A DNA stretch of 64,000 nt from IMG/VR virus record IMGVR_UViG_3300028832_000127, positions 12,470 to 76,469 of that record, one strand, 5' to 3'. Under the pieces are notes generated by a model. It saw only the letters and a list, made by a program, of their open reading frames with translations, had not been told where the DNA came from and made no database searches. Source of the DNA: a virus. Its lineage: Duplodnaviria; Caudoviricetes. This document shows, piece after piece, positions 44,820 through 55,704 of this stretch (position 1 is its first letter; each line of letters begins with the position of its first letter). Position numbers and translations under genes: made by a program.

Positions 44820-45209
44820 ATGAAACCCAAACTATACAGAAAATTCCGAGCCGTTGAGCATAAAACCTACAAATTCGTGTACGGTGCTTATGTCGAGTAC
44901 ATCGACCAAGACAGACCCGACGAAATCATAGAGGACAACGGAACGGTTCACAAAGTGGCAAGTTGGACGGTCGGCGAGTTTACGGGTTTTGTTGACGGTT
45001 CAAGTCCGCGCCGTGAAATATACGACGGCGACATCTTGCAAGAGCCTGACCACTCCGACACCTACGTTGTCTTTTGGGACAAGGGCGAGGGGCAGTGGGC
45101 GGTCAAATTCCGCGATACCACAATGCCGCTGGCAAGGTTGCGCCGCGCTTATGGCTTCGTCGCCAAGGTAATCAGTACGACAACAGCAGACATAACCACA
45201 GAAAAATGA
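44820..45209 (+). CDS. YopX family protein
   Basis: KFRA..FVYG..TVGEFTG..EIYDGDIL. Confidence 0.75.
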   Translation: MKPKLYRKFRAVEHKTYKFVYGAYVEYIDQDRPDEIIEDNGTVHKVASWTVGEFTGFVDGSSPRREIYDGDILQEPDHSDTYVVFWDKGEGQWAVKFRDTTMPLARLRRAYGFVAKVISTTTADITTEK

Positions 45210-45379
45210 CACAAGACCACCCCGACATAATCGCCGCGCTTAACGAGACGGTGGCAAGGCTGACAGCGGAAAACGCCGCCAAGGACGCGCAAATACAAGC
45301 CTTGCAGGACAAACTCAACCGCGCAAACGACGCTCTCACGCAGATGGTGGAGAGCAGGAAAGAATATTACGACGTATAA
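45206..45379 (+). CDS. small coiled-coil protein (57 aa)
   Basis: ATGA overlap with the previous gene. Confidence 0.6.
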   Translation: MTQDHPDIIAALNETVARLTAENAAKDAQIQALQDKLNRANDALTQMVESRKEYYDV

Positions 45380-45390
45380 ACATTAAGACT

Positions 45391-45681
45391 ATGGCAACAA
45401 AAAGACCCCTATTCTCCAACGGCACGGAGTTTATGTTTTGGAGTTCCCGAAACTGCGAACACTGCCACAAAGCCGTGCAATACAACGAGGGCAAAAACTA
45501 TATGCCCAAGTATCGGTGCGCGATACAGCGCGACATCGAATTTGCGGCGATAGACGACGGCTGCGGCAACGATAGGGCGTACAATGCCGCAAGGTCGCCA
45601 CGCTGTCCCTACTTTGTAGAAAAGGGCAGCGTAAAGCGGAAACGAGCAAAAAAGAACGACACACAGCCGACGCTGTGGTAA
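45391..45681 (+). CDS. Cys-rich hypothetical protein (96 aa)
   Basis: FSNGTEFMFW..NCEHC..C..CP. Confidence 0.65.
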   Translation: MATKRPLFSNGTEFMFWSSRNCEHCHKAVQYNEGKNYMPKYRCAIQRDIEFAAIDDGCGNDRAYNAARSPRCPYFVEKGSVKRKRAKKNDTQPTLW

Positions 45682-45895
45682 AAATATTGACACTATGGAA
45701 AGAAAAGCAACTAACGAGTGGGAGTTTCGCCGAATGTGTGCAAACATAGACAGCGAGGACGGCAAGCAAACATAATAGTACATTTTAGTTTTTTTGGCGG
45801 AGGCGTTGTAAAACGCGCTCCGTCTTTTTTTTGCCCCGAAACAGCCTTATTTTTGCGCCAAAAGTACGACAACCTATCAAACTCTCAATACGACA

Positions 45896-48800
45896 ATGGC
45901 AGCGGAAAATTTAGGCGAATTAGAGGCGGGCGTGAAACTCACCCCCGACACCTCGGATTTTGATAAAGCCTTCGGCGATACCATATCAAAGGCAAAGGCG
46001 CAACTCGACAGCCTCAGCGGTCAGACCCTCACGCAATTAACTAACAATTTCAAGGGGTTTGCGAACTCCGTGACGGGCGGTCTCGACGCTATCAACGCGA
46101 GCATCGCCAAGGTGCAGAGCATCGCATCCCTCGGAATATTAGGCGGCGGCTTGGCGGGTCTTGTGCATCAAGTCTTCCAAACTCGCTCCTACTTTCAGGA
46201 TGCAGCCTCATCAATGAAAACGTTTCTCGGCGATGCGGAGAAAGGCGCGAAGTTCACCAAGGAATTGCAGGACTATGCGTTCTACAATATGTACGAATTT
46301 CAAGACCTCGTGGGCGCGTCGCAGCAACTCATAGCCTACGGCACAAAGGACAGCAAGGAGATAATCGGCGTTATCGACCAACTCTCCAACATCGCCACAG
46401 GCACGGGCGCGTCGCTCAACGGAATGATAGACATATACAACAAGATAAAGGCGCAGGGCAAGGCTAACGGAATAGTGTTAGACCAATTGGCGAGCCGTGG
46501 TCTTTTGGTGAAACAGACACTTAAAGACATGGGCGAGACGGTCAACGGCAACACCGTAACGTTTGAGCAATTCCAAAAGGTTTTGAAGCACGTCACGGAC
46601 GAGGGCGGCATGTTCCACAACCTTATGAAGGAGCAGTTGAACAACCTGTCGGCGAGCGCGGCGCAGTTGTCGGACGTGATGACCAATATGTGGAACGAGA
46701 TAGGCGAACAGGCAGAGCCGTATATGAAGGAGGCGATAGATTTGGCGGCTATGGTTGTCGAGAATTACAAGGAGATTGCGGCGGTGCTGTTCGACATAGC
46801 CAAAGCGTATGCAATCTACAAGGTGGCGGCATCCGCTATTGAGTGGAACAAGAACACGATAGCGGCGGAGCAGTTCGAGATGGAGAAGGCAGCGTTAGAG
46901 GGTGCGACGGAGGCGTTAGAGGGTGCGACGGAAGCAACTGAGGACAACGCGGAGGCAGACATCAAGGCGCGTGTCGCAAAGGGACAACTGACAGAGGCGC
47001 AGGCAAAGGAACTTATAGCGATACAGCAAGGATTGGAGAAACGCAAGCAGGAGTTGATGTTAGTGCAGCGTCAGGCGACGGCGGAGGCGACGGCGGCGGA
47101 AAAGGAGATTGCAGCCCTGAAAGCCAAGATAGCGATGCAGGAGCGGTCGCTAAAAATCACGGGTGACTTGTCGAGGGCGTCAGAAATCAACGCTATGAAG
47201 ACGCAGGTGGAGACGTTGGAGAAAGGGCGGCTTGCGGCGGCTGAACGTGCGGAGAACGCGCAAAAACAGATTTCCGCAATCAATACGGCGAGGGATGCGG
47301 CGGCGCAGGTAGCGGATGCCAACGCCACAAGCCTATTGACAAGGGCAAAGTTGGCGGCTGGGGCAGCAATCAAAGGCATAGGCAGCAGCATAATGTCGAT
47401 GATAAACCCCACGGCACTTGCGACGGCGGCAGTCGGTTTCCTTGTTACCAAACTGATTGAGATGGCGATGGCGGACACCACGTTGGAAAAGGAAATGAAG
47501 AAACTCCGCGACATTGAGAGCGAGTATTTCAACAACGTAAGGAAAGAGCAGGCTACGCTTGATGAGGCTTACGGCAAGACGCTTAACCTGAAAGAGGGAA
47601 CAGAGGAATACAACAAGGCTAAGACTGATTTGATTAATCAGTATAGCGAGTATCTGTCGGGTCTGTCAGCCGAGGAGACGAAGTTAATGTCCATAAAAGA
47701 CCTTTACGAAAAAATAACGGTTGCGATTATGGACAAGTACAAGGCGCAGGCGTTGGAAAAGGCAAGGGACACATTCGGACAGACGGTCGGCGACGCCAAG
47801 ACAGAGGCGATAAAAACGATGTTTACCGAGCTTGACAAGGGAACGGATGACGTTCAAAAGGCGGCTATCAAGCAACAAGCGGACAAGATGTTCGACGACT
47901 ACATTGCAGCCACAAAGAAAATAAAGGAAATACAAAGGGAGAACGCTATGATACAATTTAGCGACCCCGACGCATATAGTGAAAACTTACAAAAAATGAG
48001 GGTGATTGTTGACGAGTACAAAAATACTTATCAGAATTACTTTGACTATATTAAAAAATTCAAATTAGGCAATAAATTTGCCTTTGACTACGAAATAAGC
48101 AAAGCCTTTTTTGGAATATTTGAATCTGACAAAAATGCCGCTACGGACTTTATCGACACGGAGACTGCGGCAATGAAAGCCTTGTCAGATGCCGAGGCTA
48201 TGTTTGCGAACAACTGGAACAAGGCGACAGGGGGCGGCACTACCCCCGAAGTCCCCCCCGCAGCCCCAAGGATAAAAAAAGCAAAGGAAGAGGACAAAAA
48301 ATTCATTGAGGCTTATGCAAAACTCGTTGAGGAGCGAAACAAAAAAATAGCCGACATTGAAAAGGAATACGGCACTTCCGATGAAGTCAAACAGTACAAA
48401 ATCCAACAAATTGAAGTCCAATATGATTGGAAAATCAAGGATTTGGCTGCGGGCAACGGTCTGACTGAAAAACAAGAGCAGGCACTTGTAGAGAAATATG
48501 AGGCTGCCGCAAATTCTGAACTTGACATTGCAAAGGAACAGTACCTCAAAATCAAAGATGAGATTGCCAAATATCAGAAACTACAATCAAACATTCAACT
48601 CACCGACAAAAACGCAAATCAGGCAGAACTGGACAAGAGGATGGCGACATTCAACGCCTACACTAAGAAAATAGCCAGCCTAACGGCGGAAATGGAGGGC
48701 TATGAAGCTGTCATCAACAAGTCTTTTGATAAGACTGATTACGCAAAAAAAGCGTCAGCGTACACAAAGTTTGCCGAGGATTATTCCGCCAGCCTCATCG

Positions 48801-50740
48801 CTGTTAAGGCGAAAGAGGTGGAAATCAAAAAGAAAATAGCAGACCTTGACAATCAAGCAGCCAAAACATCCGACACGGATGCATTGGCTGACATCAACAG
48901 GCAGAAGGCAAACGCGCAGACAGAACTGGACAACTTCAAGATAGAGCAGGAAACCAAACGGCAGATTTTGGTGGAGGGGTTTGACGGCACGGCGACCGAC
49001 GTTACCGACATCATAAACAAAATGATGGAGCAGACGTCAAATCTGACATTTGACCAGTTGCAAAAGGAAATTGTCAAGGTAACGGGGAAGCTCCGACAAC
49101 TGCAAGCACGGCAGCAAATGGGTGAGGATGTGTCGCAGGAGATAGCCGAAACGTCGGCACAATTAAAGATTTTGGAGGGTGCGAGCGAGGCAGCCAAGAA
49201 AGCCATGCAGATTGAAAAAGGCGACGACCCGATAGACTATTGGAAAGACAGCAAAAAAGCAGTCGGACAACTTGCCAACGCCTTTAAGGATTTGGGCAGT
49301 GCGATAGGCGGTTCTACCGAGGAAGCACTCAACACGGCAAGCATGGTGCTTACAACCACCGTTTCCCTTGTTGACAACATCGTAACTTTCACCACGACGA
49401 GCATATCCGCCATCAAGACGGCGGAAACGGCAGGTGTGGCGGCGGTAAAGGCGGTGGAGGCGGCATCGGTCATTTTGGCGATAATTTCCGCCGTCATCCA
49501 GTTGGGACAGGCGATAGCCAGCCTTTTCAATAAAAAAGACCCTATCGACGAACTTAAAGACAGCCTCCACGACTTCAACCTCGAATTAGAGGAAACAAAA
49601 CGCCTTGCCGCAAACGAAGCAAGTTTCAAGCCCTTTGAAACAATATTCGGAGACGATGCATGGGGAGCAATGACCAACAACATACGCATAGGAGCGGAGG
49701 CGTTGGAAACATACGAAAAGACGCAGCAAGACATAATTAAGAACGCCCAGACTATGACGGGGCAGATGAAACAGGGCGTAGGTGGAGCAATCGGCTCGGC
49801 TATTCTCACGGGCGGTTGGTGGTCGGGAGGAAATCACAGTGCGGTTACCGCAGCAGGACAATACGACAATGTGGACGATACCGTGGCGAACATGAAAGTC
49901 AAGGTGCAGCACAAGACGTGGATTAGGAACGAGAAATCATCAACTTTAAAAGACTTTGTTCCGTCCCTTTTCGACGACCAAGGCAAACTTGACAAGGACG
50001 CGCTGCATAAGTTTGTCGAAAGCAACAACGATGCTTTTCAAAAGTTGAGCCAAGACAACCAAGACTACCTCAAAAAAATGGACGAAAGTTGGCAGGAGTA
50101 CCAAGAGGCTGTCGCGGCGGTTAAGGACACCTTCTCCGAGTTCTTCGGGGATTTGGGAAGTCAGATACAGGATGTGTGGACAAATGCGTTCCGCAGCGGT
50201 GAGGACGGACTGGCGGACTTTGAAAAGTCGTGGGACAGCGCAATCGAGAATATGATACAGTCGATGGCATATTCCAAGACGCTGGGCAAGGTTATGAGCG
50301 ACATGGAGAACGACTTAGACGAGGCTGGCTTTTTTGACGACCCAAACGCAAACATGGATAAAGCCGTGGGCATTATGGAAGAATACGAGCAGAAATCGCT
50401 TGCCACAAAAGAGGCTTACGACCAAATCCTTGAAACTTGGCGCAAAAAAGGCTACTTCAAAGAGGAAGAAGCACAACGTCAAGCCGTGTCGGGCGGCATA
50501 GCCAACGTAACGCAAGACACCGCCGAGGAAATGAATGGTCGGCTCACGCAGATACAAAGCCACACGTTCTCAATCAACGAGGGCATGAAACAAATGGTAA
50601 CAATGCAGACCACGCAACTGGCGATACTGCAAGGAATACACACCGACACGGCACGACTGGCGACGATACAGGGCGAAATCACCGCTGTAAGGGCGGCGGT
50701 CGCAGACATCCAAATCAAGGGCATCAAGTTGAAGTCGTAA
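45896..50740 (+). CDS. tape measure protein (1614 aa)
   Basis: Tape_meas-type N-region (FLGDAEKG..LIAYG..LSNIATG), long Ala-rich helices, QDTAEEMNGRLTQIQ end; own promoter at ~45850. Confidence 0.92.
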   Translation: MAAENLGELEAGVKLTPDTSDFDKAFGDTISKAKAQLDSLSGQTLTQLTNNFKGFANSVTGGLDAINASIAKVQSIASLGILGGGLAGLVHQVFQTRSYFQDAASSMKTFLGDAEKGAKFTKELQDYAFYNMYEFQDLVGASQQLIAYGTKDSKEIIGVIDQLSNIATGTGASLNGMIDIYNKIKAQGKANGIVLDQLASRGLLVKQTLKDMGETVNGNTVTFEQFQKVLKHVTDEGGMFHNLMKEQLNNLSASAAQLSDVMTNMWNEIGEQAEPYMKEAIDLAAMVVENYKEIAAVLFDIAKAYAIYKVAASAIEWNKNTIAAEQFEMEKAALEGATEALEGATEATEDNAEADIKARVAKGQLTEAQAKELIAIQQGLEKRKQELMLVQRQATAEATAAEKEIAALKAKIAMQERSLKITGDLSRASEINAMKTQVETLEKGRLAAAERAENAQKQISAINTARDAAAQVADANATSLLTRAKLAAGAAIKGIGSSIMSMINPTALATAAVGFLVTKLIEMAMADTTLEKEMKKLRDIESEYFNNVRKEQATLDEAYGKTLNLKEGTEEYNKAKTDLINQYSEYLSGLSAEETKLMSIKDLYEKITVAIMDKYKAQALEKARDTFGQTVGDAKTEAIKTMFTELDKGTDDVQKAAIKQQADKMFDDYIAATKKIKEIQRENAMIQFSDPDAYSENLQKMRVIVDEYKNTYQNYFDYIKKFKLGNKFAFDYEISKAFFGIFESDKNAATDFIDTETAAMKALSDAEAMFANNWNKATGGGTTPEVPPAAPRIKKAKEEDKKFIEAYAKLVEERNKKIADIEKEYGTSDEVKQYKIQQIEVQYDWKIKDLAAGNGLTEKQEQALVEKYEAAANSELDIAKEQYLKIKDEIAKYQKLQSNIQLTDKNANQAELDKRMATFNAYTKKIASLTAEMEGYEAVINKSFDKTDYAKKASAYTKFAEDYSASLIAVKAKEVEIKKKIADLDNQAAKTSDTDALADINRQKANAQTELDNFKIEQETKRQILVEGFDGTATDVTDIINKMMEQTSNLTFDQLQKEIVKVTGKLRQLQARQQMGEDVSQEIAETSAQLKILEGASEAAKKAMQIEKGDDPIDYWKDSKKAVGQLANAFKDLGSAIGGSTEEALNTASMVLTTTVSLVDNIVTFTTTSISAIKTAETAGVAAVKAVEAASVILAIISAVIQLGQAIASLFNKKDPIDELKDSLHDFNLELEETKRLAANEASFKPFETIFGDDAWGAMTNNIRIGAEALETYEKTQQDIIKNAQTMTGQMKQGVGGAIGSAILTGGWWSGGNHSAVTAAGQYDNVDDTVANMKVKVQHKTWIRNEKSSTLKDFVPSLFDDQGKLDKDALHKFVESNNDAFQKLSQDNQDYLKKMDESWQEYQEAVAAVKDTFSEFFGDLGSQIQDVWTNAFRSGEDGLADFEKSWDSAIENMIQSMAYSKTLGKVMSDMENDLDEAGFFDDPNANMDKAVGIMEEYEQKSLATKEAYDQILETWRKKGYFKEEEAQRQAVSGGIANVTQDTAEEMNGRLTQIQSHTFSINEGMKQMVTMQTTQLAILQGIHTDTARLATIQGEITAVRAAVADIQIKGIKLKS

Positions 50741-50743
50741 CGC

Positions 50744-51214
50744 CTATTTTGCCTTAAATGTCATTTTGATAGGGGTTTCGTTATGGTAATAGGAAACCTC
50801 TATCTGTGACATTGCCATAAGATTGGGAACAGACCCGTCTAAGCCTATATCATAACCGCAAGGAAAACCAAGTAAAGGCTCGGCATCGTGCGTATGTATA
50901 GGCATCAGATACCAATATTTGATGCCGTTAATTACCACATAGTCATCCACAACCAACTTCTCATCAAAAGAGAATTGCGAACTTTTTGAGGGAAGAAATA
51001 TGGAATATGTCGTGTCATTTTTTGATGATACGCCCGCAGTCAACAACGCCTTGCCATTCAAAGTGTCGTTTTGGATTACTTCCTCACTTTCGATAAAGTA
51101 ACCAACATACGTTTTACCCTCAAACTCGATGTGTTTTTTCTGCCATCCGCCCTTTTGTGCGCATCCTGACATTGCGGAAACTGCCAACGCCGCGAGAAAT
51201 AGTTTTAGTTTCAT
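50744..51214 (-). CDS. lipoprotein (possible superinfection exclusion)
   Basis: Signal peptide with lipobox AMSG-C; lower GC; separate promoter. Confidence 0.7.
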   Translation of the reverse strand: MKLKLFLAALAVSAMSGCAQKGGWQKKHIEFEGKTYVGYFIESEEVIQNDTLNGKALLTAGVSSKNDTTYSIFLPSKSSQFSFDEKLVVDDYVVINGIKYWYLMPIHTHDAEPLLGFPCGYDIGLDGSVPNLMAMSQIEVSYYHNETPIKMTFKAK

Positions 51215-51482
51215 TTGTTCGTTGATTATTGTTAATGTTTTCGTTTATCCAAGTTGCAGCAAAGACCTTGCCCCGCCCCGACGATTAACACATTTTAACT
51301 AATTTTTCTTTGTGCTTTATGAAACATTTTGTAATTTTGTGTCGTTAAATAGAATAGAACAGCCAAAATTGAGCAACGCAAAAAAGAGTATGATAATTTT
51401 ATGCAACGAGAGCCTGACGCGCAGTTTCCTGAGTGCGAAAAGGCTGAATTACCATTTTAATGACAATCTAAAAAACAAAATT

Positions 51483-52295
51483 ATGTTTAGAGAGATAATC
51501 GCGGCACGTTTCGCCGCAGAAAAAGTTTCATTCCGCACCGCCGCAATCGGCGCGGGTGTGGATAAGACGTGCTTGTTCCTTTACCTACAAGGCAAACCCG
51601 CAATCGGTCTCAAATCCGTGGAGGCTCTCAACAAGTTTTACGGCATCAACGTCGTAAACGCGGAGACGGGCGAGTTCTTCTACCACGGCTACGACATCCG
51701 CGAGGCTGTCAAACGCGGAATGACCGAACAGCACGTCCTCGTCAAGGACATCTGCGAAGCCGCCGACATCAAGCAGCCAAACGTAACGGAATATTTGCAG
51801 GGGCGTTCTTATGTTCGACCCGTGAAAGCCGAATTAATGCTCGCACGGCTCGGTCTGACCGTGGCGTATGTTCCGACCCCCGACCGCATCCCACGTCTGA
51901 AAACGGGGAAACGCCTCACGTTCAAGATAGGTGCGGACATCAGGGCGGCGATTGAGAAAAAGGAAATGTCACCGTTCAAGTTTGCCAAAGAAAACGGTTT
52001 CAATAACTTTGCAACGTTCCTTGACACGGGGCGGCTCATATCGCCCGACCGCGTGAAAAAGATGCTTGCTCTGTTGGACATCACCATCACCGACGGCGAG
52101 ACCGACTACGGCACGGACATCAGGGCGGCAATACAGGCGGCGCGGAAAAAGCGCAAGGTGACGTACAGAGAGTTAAGCACCGTTGCAGGGTGCAGCGGTC
52201 TTATGGTCACGTACTACCTGACGGGGCGGAACGAGACGAGCATAAAAAAGGTGGACGCAATGTTCACCCATTTGGGGCTGTCCCTCAAATACTGA
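51483..52295 (+). CDS. protein with four tandem XRE-like HTH domains
   Basis: Four ~60-aa units ((D/F)IR..I..YL.G..(L/Y)G(L/I)); follows a class I promoter at 51316-51339. Confidence 0.75.
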   Translation: MFREIIAARFAAEKVSFRTAAIGAGVDKTCLFLYLQGKPAIGLKSVEALNKFYGINVVNAETGEFFYHGYDIREAVKRGMTEQHVLVKDICEAADIKQPNVTEYLQGRSYVRPVKAELMLARLGLTVAYVPTPDRIPRLKTGKRLTFKIGADIRAAIEKKEMSPFKFAKENGFNNFATFLDTGRLISPDRVKKMLALLDITITDGETDYGTDIRAAIQAARKKRKVTYRELSTVAGCSGLMVTYYLTGRNETSIKKVDAMFTHLGLSLKY

Positions 52296-52355
52296 CAGCC
52301 ACGGCATAAAGAAAACGGCGGTGGGACGCGAGCCTCATCGCCGTTTTTGTGTGGT

Positions 52356-52601
52356 TTAAAACAAAAAATGTGTGGCGGAGGACACTCTATCGCCAATAAA
52401 TTTCAGGCGGAGTTCGTCTATCTTTGCCGCCACTTCGTCAGCCGTGCCGACAAAGTGAAATTTTGTGCGCATATTGTAGAATTTTTCACCCTGTTCGAGG
52501 GCGTATGTATTGCGGCAAAGTCTTTTTACAATGTAAAAAACGCAGCCGCCTTGCAGGAGCAAATATTTGTACCCTTGTAGTGCTTTAATTTTCGTCTGCA
52601 T
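52356..52601 (-). CDS. hypothetical early protein (81 aa)
   Basis: Leftward cluster of cassette C. Confidence 0.6.
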   Translation of the reverse strand: MQTKIKALQGYKYLLLQGGCVFYIVKRLCRNTYALEQGEKFYNMRTKFHFVGTADEVAAKIDELRLKFIGDRVSSATHFLF

Positions 52602-52640
52602 AGCGTATTAAATGTGATAATTACACTTATTTTGCGGTTT

Positions 52641-52901
52641 TTAGTTGTTGACAATTTCGCCCACCGTCATTAAATACTCCTGCATATTTTCGGCTGTCAG
52701 GGGTTTGGTGGGACGTATGAACGCGCTGTGTACGTTTTCAGGCGGGCAATATTCGACCGCGCTTGTTATTTCGTACAGCCACCCCTCTTTTTTTGACAGG
52801 TTGGCAAGGTCTTTTTGCATCATGGCGGCGGCGGTCTTTGCGTCTTTTGCGCCATAACAAAGGATTTTGTTGTCGCTGTGGTCATATTCTATATGTGCCA
52901 T
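52641..52901 (-). CDS. hypothetical early protein (86 aa)
   Basis: Leftward cluster of cassette C. Confidence 0.65.
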   Translation of the reverse strand: MAHIEYDHSDNKILCYGAKDAKTAAAMMQKDLANLSKKEGWLYEITSAVEYCPPENVHSAFIRPTKPLTAENMQEYLMTVGEIVNN

Positions 52902-52914
52902 TTTTTTGCGGTTT

Positions 52915-53151
52915 TTAGTGATATTTTTCTTTGAAAATTTCGATTATCAGGCGTCGCTCGGTGTGCCAATTGATGTCCTCCAAATAGTCGAGAAAACTCG
53001 GGCTTACGTGCTTGCCGTACTTGTCCCAAAATTTGCGGACTGCGGGGCGGGTCATTGCGTCCCTTGTTTCGCGGTCTGCCTCAATATCCAAAGCATCGAG
53101 AACAGGCTCGCAAATGTCGTACAGGCGATTGAATAATGTTTCGTTTTTCAT
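52915..53151 (-). CDS. hypothetical early protein (78 aa)
   Basis: ATG at 53151. Confidence 0.65.
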   Translation of the reverse strand: MKNETLFNRLYDICEPVLDALDIEADRETRDAMTRPAVRKFWDKYGKHVSPSFLDYLEDINWHTERRLIIEIFKEKYH

Positions 53152-53227
53152 TTTCGTAGTGTTTTTGATTGTTAGACAATTTGAAAAACGGTTTTGAGGA
53201 TTACCGTAAACCTTGCTTGTGTGGGTG

Positions 53228-53632
53228 TTAGTCAATCATAACCGCGTTTTGCAGTGGGTTAAAATTGCGCTTTACCCATTCGATTTCGGGGGGTGTAAGA
53301 CCGCGCTCGCCGCCTGTCTTTTCGTTGTACTTGCAAATCAAAAGCGTGTTGCAAAGGTTGTAAGCCTTGTCCGTCCTTGACTTGACGCTGAACACGGGCG
53401 GCTTGTCCTTGATGCAGCTCTCGTCGTCAACTATGAAGTCAAACGGCACGCCGTTGATGGTGCGCTCTGCAATGTCGATGCGCTCGCAGCCCAGTTTTTT
53501 GTAGAACGCCTTGCAGGTGTTTTCTACGTTTACCACCCTGATTGTGCAAGAACCTGCCTCCCAGCCTTGTCCGAAGTCAACTGCCTCCTTCTTTACAAGT
53601 ATCATTTTTACTTTGTTGTCTGTCGTTTTCAT
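53228..53632 (-). CDS. DUF3846-like protein
   Basis: YKKLGCERIDI..FIVDDES..KPP. Confidence 0.5.
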   Translation of the reverse strand: MKTTDNKVKMILVKKEAVDFGQGWEAGSCTIRVVNVENTCKAFYKKLGCERIDIAERTINGVPFDFIVDDESCIKDKPPVFSVKSRTDKAYNLCNTLLICKYNEKTGGERGLTPPEIEWVKRNFNPLQNAVMID

Positions 53633-53642
53633 TTTCTTATGC

Positions 53643-54160
53643 TTTTAAAGTTAGTGTTTTTGTTTTGTTTGTACTTATTTAAACGCAAAATTATTAAAAA
53701 TGTTTCATAAAACACAAACTTTTTTCAAACTTTTTTCAAAATATTTTTCAAATGCCTAAAAATAAGCAATTTACAAAGACATTTTTTTTGAATATTTTTT
53801 TTGATTGATTGATATTTTATATAAATCTTACATCTATATATATGAATGTTTCAGGGTGCAAGATTTTCTTTTGTATGCCTGTTTTTCTTTGATTTTAGGC
53901 ATTTATAAAAGTTTGTTGATTATTGCATCAATACAGACAAAAACACCCTAAAATCGAAAATCTTAAAACATTATTATATATATGTAAGTCAGAAACAAAG
54001 AAAATATAAAATATTTTCAAAATTTTTATCTTTATAAAACACTGTTTTTAAACAAGTTAAAAAATATTTTGTAAAAATCTACAAAAATATTTTTGATTTT
54101 ATGAAACATTTTTAATAATTTTGCGTTTAACAAAGTACAAACAAAACAAAAACACTAACC
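53643..54160. repeat. promoter cassette copy C
   Basis: Full-length direct repeat of copy A with only scattered substitutions and indels. Confidence 0.95.
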
Positions 54161-54177
54161 ACTAAAAACATAAGAAA

Positions 54178-54426
54178 ATGAAAACAATAGACACAAAAAC
54201 AGATACACAACGCCACGGCGAAATGTCGAGGCTTGTTAGCGAAGTTCTTTCTAAGAAAAAAGTTCGCTACGAAATTGACACAATTGGCGTTTTGGAGTTG
54301 GAGAAAACGCCTGAATGGTACACTGCAACATTCTATTGGGGCGAAAAATGGCGGATGCACGTAACCAACTCTGCCGAGGCTCTTTACGATTATCTTTGCG
54401 GCTTTATAGACGCAATCTATATCTAA
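54178..54426 (+). CDS. hypothetical early protein (82 aa)
   Basis: First gene right of cassette C. Confidence 0.7.
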   Translation: MKTIDTKTDTQRHGEMSRLVSEVLSKKKVRYEIDTIGVLELEKTPEWYTATFYWGEKWRMHVTNSAEALYDYLCGFIDAIYI

Positions 54427-54476
54427 TACTAACAGGCGGCGCGATAACATCAAACCGCCACAAAAACGCGAAGAAA

Positions 54477-54686
54477 ATGAGAGAGGATTTAATTGCATTG
54501 TTTGCGAAAATTGCCCAAACCGCCACAATCGCAAATTATCAACATATCGGCTACAAGGTGCTGTTTGACACCGTGCTGACCGCCGACGACATCAACAAAA
54601 TCAACGAATTGTGTAAAAGATACACTTACCGTTGGATGTTGACGATATTAAACGACAGATTTTGTTTAACGATTTTTAACAAATAA
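54477..54686 (+). CDS. hypothetical early protein (69 aa)
   Basis: ATG at 54477. Confidence 0.6.
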   Translation: MREDLIALFAKIAQTATIANYQHIGYKVLFDTVLTADDINKINELCKRYTYRWMLTILNDRFCLTIFNK

Positions 54687-54690
54687 AATT

Positions 54691-55275
54691 ATGAAATATT
54701 TTATCTCCAAAAAAATCCGTGCATCAGTAGAACGCAATGCCGACGGCACGTTGAAACTGACAGACCTCAGCGGCAAAATACCGCAGCCACTTGCCAACGC
54801 GGGCGCATTGATTATGTCCTTCGGCAGCATCGACGGTTTTCTCGCCCGTTGTGTGGATGAGGCGCAGTACAAGGCTTTTTTAGAAAATCAAGCGTACCTT
54901 GCGTCGCCCGAATATAAGGCGCAGAGAGAGGCGCAACGTGCCGCCGCCGCAGAGCGTCAAAGAGTAGCGACAGCCGAAAAAAACGCCGCAATAAAAGCAA
55001 AGTACGACGCTTTGCTTGCTCAAAACAATGGCGTAATCCCCACGACGGCAGAAAATGTCGCAATCGTCCTCCGCTACCTTAACACCCGAAATTGGGGCGG
55101 TTGGGAGTTGCCAAAAATGACAATCGGCTACACTTGCAGCCAATATGACTGCGACGGCAAACAAGCCTCCGCAATGAAGCTCGACAAGGCAATCCCTGAC
55201 GGTTACGACGGCAAATCCGACAAGTTTTGTGTCGGTGCGCCTCGCGGTTACCTCAACAAGTACACACGAATTTAG
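54691..55275 (+). CDS. hypothetical early protein (194 aa)
   Basis: Long ORF followed by terminator acgccc..gggcgttttttt. Confidence 0.75.
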   Translation: MKYFISKKIRASVERNADGTLKLTDLSGKIPQPLANAGALIMSFGSIDGFLARCVDEAQYKAFLENQAYLASPEYKAQREAQRAAAAERQRVATAEKNAAIKAKYDALLAQNNGVIPTTAENVAIVLRYLNTRNWGGWELPKMTIGYTCSQYDCDGKQASAMKLDKAIPDGYDGKSDKFCVGAPRGYLNKYTRI

Positions 55276-55413
55276 TAGTTAGTTGTTTTGATTGTTTGTT
55301 ACGCCCTGCATCGGCAACGGTGAGGGCGTTTTTTTGTGCCGTTTTTCGCACGAAGCAGACCACGGCATAATATCCACCCAAAACAAACAAAACGCCTGAA
55401 AAACGCAAAAAAA

Positions 55414-55704
55414 TCAGCCGTTCCGCCGCGCAATGTGCTCCATCATAAACTTGTTTATGTCCGCCTTTGACGTCAGCACCTCGCCCTTGTCCCTTTCCTT
55501 GCCCTTTTTCTTGTCGGGGTTGTAGGACGGCAGCGTCCGCGAGTACATAATCAGGTTTTCATACGATATGTCGTACAAAACCACGTCAAACGGCACGTTG
55601 AAGGACTTTACGAAGCCTGCGGCTGTCGCCCAGATGCTGTCGTTCCTTTCGTCGCTTTCAGATGGTTTACTCGGTGCAGGGAAGTAATAGAAACCAAAAA
55701 AAAA
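55414..55704 (-). CDS. tail assembly chaperone C-terminal (GT-like) frame
   Basis: DSIWATAAG..VLYDISYENLIMYSRTLPSY, open in the -1 frame from the T9 run. Confidence 0.65.
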   Translation of the reverse strand, partial: FFFGFYYFPAPSKPSESDERNDSIWATAAGFVKSFNVPFDVVLYDISYENLIMYSRTLPSYNPDKKKGKERDKGEVLTSKADINKFMMEHIARRNG

